A stretch of 64,000 nt of DNA from a virus (Duplodnaviria > Caudoviricetes), in the IMG/VR virus record IMGVR_UViG_3300020048_000007, positions 96,001 through 160,000 of that record; one strand, 5' to 3'. Positions 54,253 to 61,627 of the stretch are shown here, in pieces (the stretch's first letter is position 1; each line of letters opens with the position of its first letter). Made by a program: the position numbers and the translations under genes. Under the pieces are notes generated by a model, which made no database searches, was not told the origin of the DNA, and was given only the letters and a program-made list of their open reading frames with translations.

Positions 54253-54780
54253 TTATCTTGGGAAATGAAAACCTCTGTTTCCGAAGATTATACCGCTGTA
54301 ATCCAGCCTGTGGACCTTTGCATTAGCGTATAACGGAAGGTTTGGTGATGCTATGACACTATCAAGCAAGGTCTTCAACGTCTTGACTTCTGCATTTATA
54401 TAAGACTTTGGAACATTAACATGTGGTGCAAATAACGAGCCAATGTTACCTTGATTAGCACTGAAGATATTAATATCTTCATTTGTAGCTAAGTTTTCAG
54501 ACGATGAGTGATAGAATCCAGTTATCATCAATTGGGCCGGGTAATCACCGAATTGTGGCTTTATTGCTGATCCAAATGCCATTTGGCTCATTGCAGAGTT
54601 ATGGAAACCTGTTGTACTATCGTATTGTCCACCGCCGGGAGCTGATATATTCAGATCATTTTCTTGGCTTAAAGCATCATAAAATTCGACGGCAAGTTTT
54701 TGCAGCGACCTTATGTGTACAAACCGCTTGCCTTGGATTGGTGTGACGCTGATATGTGCAGTAAACGGAGTCCACTTCAT
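54253..54780 (-). CDS. Hypothetical (probable virion) protein
   Basis: GGAGG RBS and late-promoter motif. Confidence 0.7.
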   Translation of the reverse strand: MKWTPFTAHISVTPIQGKRFVHIRSLQKLAVEFYDALSQENDLNISAPGGGQYDSTTGFHNSAMSQMAFGSAIKPQFGDYPAQLMITGFYHSSSENLATNEDINIFSANQGNIGSLFAPHVNVPKSYINAEVKTLKTLLDSVIASPNLPLYANAKVHRLDYSGIIFGNRGFHFPR

Positions 54781-54799
54781 CTTTCATTTCCTCCGTTTG

Positions 54800-54807
54800 T
54801 ATTTTTA
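54800..54807 (-). promoter_or_regulatory. Putative late promoter motif TAAAAATA
   Basis: 20-27 nt upstream of 54780; overlaps the upstream TAA stop. Confidence 0.45.
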
Positions 54808-55185
54808 ATCCCAAGTTATTTCTACTAATTCTTCGGGAATAACCTCTACGACATCCGAAGGCAACTTAAAACCATCTAACTCTACGTGCCAGTCATCTTC
54901 TTTCACATAAGCCATTGTTCCTGAATCATTTGTCTTGCATTTATAGCCTATACAGTGCACTATCTGAGGTTCAGCACCTAATTGCATTGCGACTCTGCGT
55001 CTATAGAAGACGATCTGTCCCGGTTTTAGCTTTATTGTGAGTATTTTCTTAGTGGATGAGGCTACTAAAGATATTTCTGTTAGATTATGTCTGCTCATCT
55101 TCTCGAGTGGGACACCACCCATTTGTGTCACGTATTGCCCGTCTGCGTATCTCGCAAGCCATACTAGTCGCATCTTATACACCAC
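54805..55185 (-). CDS. Hypothetical protein
   Basis: 126-aa ORF with AGGTG RBS. Confidence 0.7.
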   Translation of the reverse strand: MVYKMRLVWLARYADGQYVTQMGGVPLEKMSRHNLTEISLVASSTKKILTIKLKPGQIVFYRRRVAMQLGAEPQIVHCIGYKCKTNDSGTMAYVKEDDWHVELDGFKLPSDVVEVIPEELVEITWD

Positions 55186-55771
55186 CTATCTCAGAAAGAC
55201 CAAGAGACTCCAAGACATCCCCAAAAGTGCATAACTCGCCAATCTTATCGAAACCCACAATATTACTGTTTACAGCAATGTTGCTTAAAAAATCACATCT
55301 CACATAATATAATAGAATCGCTCCGCCAGCCTCCGTGCCCCCCAGCAATTCCATGGCCGCTAGACTCTCCCTCATCCCCTCAGTAGCAGCCAAAGACAAA
55401 CCCCAATACAAGTCACCGTTACTTTTCGCAAGACTCACATTAAATACAGCACCAGGCAGCAGTTGCCCAGCAATCCCATCATACTGAGCCTTAACAGCAT
55501 CGACGCACACCATATGGTATTGATAAGGAGTAACTGTAGAAGCATCTTCCAAGTCAACGTGGCTACCAGCTATCGCAGCCGCCTCAGATGCTATCCTAGC
55601 TTGGGTTATCTCATAAGCAGTAACATGTTCCTGAAGAAAATTCCTTAAGATCTTATTAACGAACGCCTCGATTGTCTCGCCAGAATCACTAGACCAGCCG
55701 TGATTGGCAGCAACCGCGTTAAACACACGGTCAGTATCAGCATCAGAAATATACACAGAAAGAACAGCCAT
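55175..55771 (-). CDS. Hypothetical protein
   Basis: 198-aa ORF. Confidence 0.7.
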   Translation of the reverse strand: MAVLSVYISDADTDRVFNAVAANHGWSSDSGETIEAFVNKILRNFLQEHVTAYEITQARIASEAAAIAGSHVDLEDASTVTPYQYHMVCVDAVKAQYDGIAGQLLPGAVFNVSLAKSNGDLYWGLSLAATEGMRESLAAMELLGGTEAGGAILLYYVRCDFLSNIAVNSNIVGFDKIGELCTFGDVLESLGLSEIGGV

Positions 55772-55851
55772 TATTTCACAAGCCTTTCGACAAGAACTTC
55801 ATGCGTCGACCTCTTATAAAAGTACCCCGCCATTTCTGGCGGAGCCATTTG

Positions 55852-56145
55852 TTAGAACGTATATTCTTCGAGATAATCGTGGCTGTTTATAGAGTTAAGA
55901 GCATTATCAGACGCTAATTTAGAGGCATATTCTTCGTCTGTCATCACATCCCAAGAACAAACCCAAAGACAATAACCTTGCTTGCCATGCCCATCGCAAC
56001 TGTGCACACCTACTGGTGTGTCGAATTCGATACCAACTTGCTTCGCAGCACTGCTGGTGAGAACTACGACCGTCGCTTGAACCGGCGTTGGTGTGCCTTG
56101 ACCAACAAGCCACATCCTATCACCTTTGCGAATCGTGCGTGCCAT
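55852..56145 (-). CDS. Small SH3-fold protein with CAP-Gly-like motif
   Basis: KGDRMW..ATVV..VGIEFDTPVGVHSCDG resembles the GVELDEPxGKNDG pattern. Confidence 0.55.
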   Translation of the reverse strand: MARTIRKGDRMWLVGQGTPTPVQATVVVLTSSAAKQVGIEFDTPVGVHSCDGHGKQGYCLWVCSWDVMTDEEYASKLASDNALNSINSHDYLEEYTF

Positions 56146-56162
56146 TGCTAATCCTCAGATTC

Positions 56163-56726
56163 TCAAGTTTCGTCGTAGAGCCACGTGAAGGTTGCAGATC
56201 CAGTAGCACCAGGTTGAGCAGTTGTTCCAACACTCAGCTGATAAACGACATAATTTCCGAACTGTGCGGGTGTAGCCGAACCAAAAGTGATCGATCCCGT
56301 CACCGGAAACGATGGCGAACCACCAACATTGTATACAAATGGGTCGACAGGAGCAGCCAACAATGCCGTATGATTAACAAGCGTTAATTGAGTCCCGCTT
56401 GTTCCTACTGTGCCCCCAGCTTGGTGATATGTTGTAGACTGATTAAAAATAGCGGCCACACCAGTGCCAAAGTTATTGGCCCCGTTCGTATACCATCGAA
56501 TATTGTTGATAGTACCTGCGGGATTTGTGTAAGCTATAAGGCGAGTTGAAACCCAGTAGCTGTAATTAGTGCCAGCTGCGGGAATACGAACCGGATTGCT
56601 ACTTGTTGTCGCCACAGAGTAATGGTTATCGTCAGCGTTAGCCACCGTATTGCCACCACTAATCTCAGCTGTAACCTGTGAGGCGCCTGTATTCGTGATC
56701 CTAACTATACCAATATTCGCGGCCAT
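56163..56726 (-). CDS. Beta-rich virion protein (possible head decoration/fibre)
   Basis: T/G/N/A-rich beta protein; AGGAGG RBS. Confidence 0.7.
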   Translation of the reverse strand: MAANIGIVRITNTGASQVTAEISGGNTVANADDNHYSVATTSSNPVRIPAAGTNYSYWVSTRLIAYTNPAGTINNIRWYTNGANNFGTGVAAIFNQSTTYHQAGGTVGTSGTQLTLVNHTALLAAPVDPFVYNVGGSPSFPVTGSITFGSATPAQFGNYVVYQLSVGTTAQPGATGSATFTWLYDET

Positions 56727-56748
56727 TCAATCCTCCTTTAGGCATATC

Positions 56749-56782
56749 AAAAAAGCAAGAAGGGGCACATTTGTGCCCCTTC
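56749..56782 (-). terminator. Rho-independent terminator
   Basis: GAAGGGGCAC-AAAT-GTGCCCCTTC then TTGCTTTTTT. Confidence 0.8.
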
Positions 56783-56789
56783 ACTTTGA

Positions 56790-57203
56790 TTAGTCGACGT
56801 CAGCGTAGGCAGTCAGAGCTGTCTTGGCATCTTTGAACAGATCATTTGCCAGAACGGTGGCAGAAGTGTTCTTGAGGAACCTGTCGCTACCGATTTGGAA
56901 AGCGAAGTCTTCACCCGTCATGTTTTCGATGCCAGCAGTCAAGCTCAGTTGCTTGAACGTACCGACCACGATTGGAAATCCACGGCTGCTACCAGCTGCA
57001 GCCTGGCCCATGTATGGGCTGAAATCCTTAGTAGCTGTGTCGCGCGTCAAGACACCTGCCGTAATTTCCGAGCCAGGTATCACAAGAACCAACGGACGCA
57101 GGTTCTTAATGATGGCCGCTACGGAGTCGTAACGAGAAATGTTACGGCGAGTTCTTAGCGTACGAAAGACCGAAATGCTGGTGTTTAATGGTTGTGCGGA
57201 CAT
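56790..57203 (-). CDS. Probable abundant virion protein (137 aa)
   Basis: Own promoter motif, GGAGG RBS, own terminator, C-ending codons like the MCP gene. Confidence 0.75.
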   Translation of the reverse strand: MSAQPLNTSISVFRTLRTRRNISRYDSVAAIIKNLRPLVLVIPGSEITAGVLTRDTATKDFSPYMGQAAAGSSRGFPIVVGTFKQLSLTAGIENMTGEDFAFQIGSDRFLKNTSATVLANDLFKDAKTALTAYADVD

Positions 57204-57239
57204 GATAAACCTCCGTTAGTTTGTACCCAACAGTCAATT

Positions 57240-57247
57240 TATTTTTG
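57240..57247 (-). promoter_or_regulatory. Putative late promoter motif CAAAAATA
   Basis: 37-44 nt upstream of 57203, right after a terminator. Confidence 0.55.
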
Positions 57248-57253
57248 CATAAT

Positions 57254-57287
57254 AAAAATAAGACCCAGGTTCCTAAAAACCTGAGCC
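57254..57287 (-). terminator. Rho-independent terminator
   Basis: GGCTCAGGTT-TTTAGG-AACCTGGGTC (two G-U pairs possible only on the minus strand) + TTATTTTT. Confidence 0.65.
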
Positions 57288-57317
57288 TAGAACAATCAAT
57301 ATATCAGATATGTTTGC

Positions 57318-57614
57318 TCACTCGCAAGAAGTACAACCGACGTGTACCTTCTTCTTGAACAACCCACCAAGAAGACTTCGCTTAGCCTTATGAGGAACGG
57401 CCTCAACGACCTCTTCCTTATAACCAACCACTACAGTCTCCTTTACAGTGATTTGCTTTTCACGAACCTCAGTGACAGGAACCCGTTTGATCAAAACAGG
57501 CTTCTTAACCACCACAGTCTCTTCGACATATGCAACGGAATACTGGGGACAACAATCACCAGCTACAGCAGTCGAAGAACCAGCCAACAGCAGCAATGCA
57601 GCAAAACTCTTCAT
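57318..57614 (-). CDS. Secreted small protein with signal peptide and terminal Cys pairs
   Basis: MKSFAALLLLAGSSTAVA signal peptide; DCCP at the N-end, Val-rich beta stretch, LLGGLFKK..GCTSCE at the C-end; AGGAG RBS. Confidence 0.75.
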   Translation of the reverse strand: MKSFAALLLLAGSSTAVAGDCCPQYSVAYVEETVVVKKPVLIKRVPVTEVREKQITVKETVVVGYKEEVVEAVPHKAKRSLLGGLFKKKVHVGCTSCE

Positions 57615-57661
57615 GGGAATCTCCTAAAATGTCGTGAAACATCAATCAACTGGTCTCACTG

Positions 57662-57669
57662 AAAATATA
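57662..57669 (+). promoter_or_regulatory. Putative late promoter variant AAAATATA
   Basis: 18-25 nt upstream of the plus-strand ATG at 57687. Confidence 0.35.
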
Positions 57670-57686
57670 ATACTAGGAAGAAACAC

Positions 57687-58232
57687 ATGAAACTAATACA
57701 AATATCTGAAGCTAAAGATGCCCACATAATAAAACACCAAAGCGAAGCCATAGGAAAGTTAAAAACCTACATAACGAAATATAAAAACCAAAAAGCGATG
57801 AAAGCGATAGAGAAAATATTCAGTGATCCGGATATCAGCACTTGGAAACAAAACTCCTGGATTGTCACTGACACGATCAATAACCTAGAAAAAGATCAAA
57901 AACTAGACCAAACAGAAAAACAGAGTGCCATAGCACAGCTTAAAACTATACTGACAACACCACCAGCAATTGTAATATCATCGCTTTATAGCATTCCTAA
58001 AGAACAATTAAAAGATACCGCTCTTAAAAACTTAAATCTAAGCCCCTCCGAAAACAAAAGACTTAAAAAGGGCTTAGGACCTCAAGGATATATCGCAGCG
58101 TTATCCTCAGCAGACAATATGCGAAGTAGCACCTTAAAGAAAACGCTATTAGACATTTCCAAAAACAGCGACTCAACATCTCAATCAATAAGACAGTCAA
58201 TACCAGGCGTCAATATCGTTAAAGACTTCTAA
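57687..58232 (+). CDS. Hypothetical protein, possible internal head protein
   Basis: MKLIQISEA N-terminus resembles prohead-protease-cleaved leaders. Confidence 0.7.
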   Translation: MKLIQISEAKDAHIIKHQSEAIGKLKTYITKYKNQKAMKAIEKIFSDPDISTWKQNSWIVTDTINNLEKDQKLDQTEKQSAIAQLKTILTTPPAIVISSLYSIPKEQLKDTALKNLNLSPSENKRLKKGLGPQGYIAALSSADNMRSSTLKKTLLDISKNSDSTSQSIRQSIPGVNIVKDF

Positions 58233-58770
58233 ATATTTCTCTAAGATCATCAATATTAATGCCTTCAAAATCTATATAAGCATGGTTATTGCATTTCATA
58301 AACAGAAAAAGCATATCAACCTCTTGTATCCTATCAGGCATCCCCACAATATCAAAACCGAGTACCTTACTGAAATCATGTAACGACTTACGGCGAGCAT
58401 CATCGAATATCTCATAAATGAAAGATTCTTCCTCATTCATAAAGCTGCGATAAATGCGGTATAATTTATAAGCACAAACTGGGTCGGGCCGGTTAGTATT
58501 AAAACTGCCATGAAATTCATACCTAGATCTGAATATCTCAAGATTTTTGTATAAATCATAGTCCTCAAGACACACTATCGGCTCGCATTCATATGCGATC
58601 GATAATTTAGATCTAAAATCAAAAGTCCGTCGCGCGATATAAGATTCACAATCATCCGCAAATCGTAATTTATCGCCAACAGCCAAAACATCATCGTGTT
58701 TTAAAGTGATGAAAAAACTGACGAAATCTTTGTTCGTCTCTATTGTTATACAAACACAGCTTTCATTCAT
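58219..58770 (-). CDS. Hypothetical protein
   Basis: ATG at 58770 with GGAG RBS. Confidence 0.65.
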   Translation of the reverse strand: MNESCVCITIETNKDFVSFFITLKHDDVLAVGDKLRFADDCESYIARRTFDFRSKLSIAYECEPIVCLEDYDLYKNLEIFRSRYEFHGSFNTNRPDPVCAYKLYRIYRSFMNEEESFIYEIFDDARRKSLHDFSKVLGFDIVGMPDRIQEVDMLFLFMKCNNHAYIDFEGINIDDLREIFRSL

Positions 58771-58835
58771 ACTTGTATCTCCATTTAGTGTTACCACGAT
58801 ATGTAATTAAAATACATCATCAAACGGCGAGAAAA

Positions 58836-59141
58836 ATGGAAGAAAATCAGACTATAACACTAAAAAGACGAGTCTCGACAGACTTCATAGAGTCACTGCC
58901 ACAAGATATACTGGACATTAACGTTAAAATGTATCTGGTGGTAAAAAGAAAGCAGACCCAAGACTGTGAATATGGCGTAGACGCTAGAATAGATCCATGC
59001 GAACTAAACCTCAAAAATAAAATCATTAGCTTCACCATCAATAAGAAATATAATCCAGGCATAGAGTCTTTTGATGATCTAGAGCCAACATTTTTTGAAT
59101 CAGCACAAGCAGCATTCACAATTTTTTGCTATTCATTGTGA
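58836..59141 (+). CDS. Hypothetical protein (~101 aa)
   Basis: MEENQTITLK start; fills the gap between minus-strand genes. Confidence 0.55.
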   Translation: MEENQTITLKRRVSTDFIESLPQDILDINVKMYLVVKRKQTQDCEYGVDARIDPCELNLKNKIISFTINKKYNPGIESFDDLEPTFFESAQAAFTIFCYSL

Positions 59142-59874
59142 TAACCTTTGGCTTCACATTCAAGAACCTGCTTGGTCTTACCGCGTGATCCTCAGATCTG
59201 CACCAAAAAGCGGTAGTGTAAACAGACACAGTAAGCTGAGCCAAATAAATACCCAATAACCTTTCCACAAATTTTTCCGTCCACATACCAGTATCTCGCA
59301 CTTTCATCTTCTCAACCACAAGCAATAATTTATAACCCAAAACATCCAACACCTGCCTAGTGCACATAAATTGACAATCGATAATCATCCTGGGCTTGGA
59401 ATCAAAAGCGTAATTATATGCTTCGGCATCGTATTTCCGAATCATTTCCCAAATGTGGGTATTCACATCAAAAGAATTCTCTGAATACAGATCAAAATAG
59501 CGAAAATCATCAGCCAGCACCAGGTCGTTATTAGACTTAAGACATGACGCTATACCAAGTGACGTGTCCTCATCAATGACCTCCAATAGCCCATCCCAAG
59601 TCTCGTTAGCGCTCCTCTGCATTATTGACCGACCATTCAAAAATGCAACATGGTTGTTTCCTATTAATTGATCAGCATGCTCCCAAACAGTGAGAATAGT
59701 GCTCGCGTTGCCTATCACAGAGCTCCATGCAGAATATGTTGGGTAAAAATCTGACTTGGCTATATAATCAGCATCTACGTTAAAGTCGTCAGATATTTTT
59801 ATATCTTCTACAGCGTCATGTCGTTCGATTTCTCGAAACCCTTCCGAATCCGAGAATCTTATAAGTTTTATCAT
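59116..59874 (-). CDS. Glycosyltransferase-like protein (GT-A, DUF4422-like)
   Basis: YPTYSAWSSV..WE..HVAFL, FMCTRQVLD, FVERLLGIYL; in the GT cluster. Confidence 0.5.
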   Translation of the reverse strand: MIKLIRFSDSEGFREIERHDAVEDIKISDDFNVDADYIAKSDFYPTYSAWSSVIGNASTILTVWEHADQLIGNNHVAFLNGRSIMQRSANETWDGLLEVIDEDTSLGIASCLKSNNDLVLADDFRYFDLYSENSFDVNTHIWEMIRKYDAEAYNYAFDSKPRMIIDCQFMCTRQVLDVLGYKLLLVVEKMKVRDTGMWTEKFVERLLGIYLAQLTVSVYTTAFWCRSEDHAVRPSRFLNVKPKVITMNSKKL

Positions 59875-60695
59875 TTTGATATCAGCCCTGAATATTTCAC
59901 ACCCAAAACTTGTACTTCTATCCCATCGTCCGATTTTAGCCTGAATCCTATTTGGCTAGACACCTCTCCAAATAGATTCCAATTCATGTGCGTTGTCAAT
60001 AGCTCTGGAAATGCGGCGCTCCATTTTGTATACAAGTATCTAAGAATCTTCCAATATTTGTTATTCTTTCCCATGCTAGTGGAATACTTACCATAGTGTA
60101 TAATAGGAATGTCTGCAGAATAAACATTATATCCAGCCTTCCTAGCCTGCAGACTGTAGTCAATACCATAAAAATGAAATCCATCTAAACTCTCATCGAA
60201 CTTTAATTTTATATCTTTTGATACAGCAAAAAAGCATTCGTCTATACAGTGTACTACTGTTGCCTCTTTTACCCCATTCCAATATGGCGCTTTGCCCACA
60301 AATTCATCATCATCATTATAAACAGTGCCAACAGCTAATCTTTGATTTATTTGTGTCTTGCCACCCCAGCTGCCTATATCAAGAGAACCATATTTTAGAT
60401 CAATCCCAGCTGCACCTATAATTTTAATATCCTTAGTGAATAATTTATCTAATTTTTCTAAGCTCCCGGGCAGCAACGCAATGTCTTGGTGGGCATATAT
60501 TATGTAGTCTCCTCTAGCCACTTCTCTACCAGCATTTAAAGCCTGGCTAGCATTATAAATTCCACTATAATTAAATATAGGAACGTATTCAATGTCTAGT
60601 CTTTTTTGCTTCTTTATCGACTTCAGAAGACAATCATTAAAAATCTCTTTGTCACTTATACAGCAAACCACCGAATATTTTATGCTCTTCTTCAA
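59871..60695 (-). CDS. GT2-like glycosyltransferase
   Basis: NASQALNAG, YIIYAHQDIAL, HCIDECFF, FDESLDGFHFYGIDYSLQA. Confidence 0.85.
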   Translation of the reverse strand: MKKSIKYSVVCCISDKEIFNDCLLKSIKKQKRLDIEYVPIFNYSGIYNASQALNAGREVARGDYIIYAHQDIALLPGSLEKLDKLFTKDIKIIGAAGIDLKYGSLDIGSWGGKTQINQRLAVGTVYNDDDEFVGKAPYWNGVKEATVVHCIDECFFAVSKDIKLKFDESLDGFHFYGIDYSLQARKAGYNVYSADIPIIHYGKYSTSMGKNNKYWKILRYLYTKWSAAFPELLTTHMNWNLFGEVSSQIGFRLKSDDGIEVQVLGVKYSGLISK

Positions 60696-61627
60696 TTGAT
60701 CATTCCATCAGCTTCTTGATGATACCCAAGACCGCGCAATAACGTAGCACACCTGTGGTGATAAGTATGATTATTTAACACTTCTTCTCTTTGTTTTCGA
60801 GCGACGTCTTTTGCAAGATCTGGATTACTCAAATATCGCCCGACTAAGTTTTTATAATCCTGAGCGTCTCTAGCCACCACCATTGATGGGATCATGGCTT
60901 TAATACTAGGAACAGGATCATGTATCGCTAGGACTCCTGATAAAGCTAACTTGAAAGCTCTCTCAGGTATGTCAAACCCAAATTGTTGAGTGTGTGCTTC
61001 CGATATGCATGGACCTATCTTACCGGTATTCAGAAATTGATTTGACTGATCTTCTGGTAGTCTTTCGACTTCGTGCTTCGAGGGCCATTCTCCCCAACCT
61101 TTAACAGAACATTGGTACGTGTCAAGAACCGGCATTAGGTACTCGTCTATCGTTTTGGCCTTATAGGGCCATCTGCCCCCAAGGTATACTATATCATTAT
61201 GCCGCCATAAACCAAGATCATGATATTGCAATCTATCACCAGCTACGGGCATCGGAACCCAAGGTATACAAAATACCGTTACCCAATACGACCAAATAAT
61301 CGCGTCATTTTTTGAACCATACCCAAACACTAAGTCAGCTTTGTTGCTGACCACCCATTCTTTGTCAGCATCACTCTCGTTAATATGGCCTATATCAATA
61401 GGCCCGTATGGATTAACATGTATGGCTACTTTCGCCCTTCTAATATTTGGTATAGGCTCTTTATGCCCAGAACAGCCAATATACACATCTGGATCAAAGC
61501 TTGACCACTGCGCTAGGTCACCAGTATATCTCTGTATTTCGTGCCCTTTATCGGCGAACGCACTCATGAGTGAGTCTGTTATGTAACCCCATGCACCACC
61601 CACTCTTTTATTCATTAAGATCTTCAA
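60692..61627 (-). CDS. GT-B glycosyltransferase (CgeB/GT1-2-like)
   Basis: DIVYLGGRW, KIGPCISE, PERAFKLA..G, NNHTYHHR motifs. Confidence 0.85.
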   Translation of the reverse strand: MKILMNKRVGGAWGYITDSLMSAFADKGHEIQRYTGDLAQWSSFDPDVYIGCSGHKEPIPNIRRAKVAIHVNPYGPIDIGHINESDADKEWVVSNKADLVFGYGSKNDAIIWSYWVTVFCIPWVPMPVAGDRLQYHDLGLWRHNDIVYLGGRWPYKAKTIDEYLMPVLDTYQCSVKGWGEWPSKHEVERLPEDQSNQFLNTGKIGPCISEAHTQQFGFDIPERAFKLALSGVLAIHDPVPSIKAMIPSMVVARDAQDYKNLVGRYLSNPDLAKDVARKQREEVLNNHTYHHRCATLLRGLGYHQEADGMIN

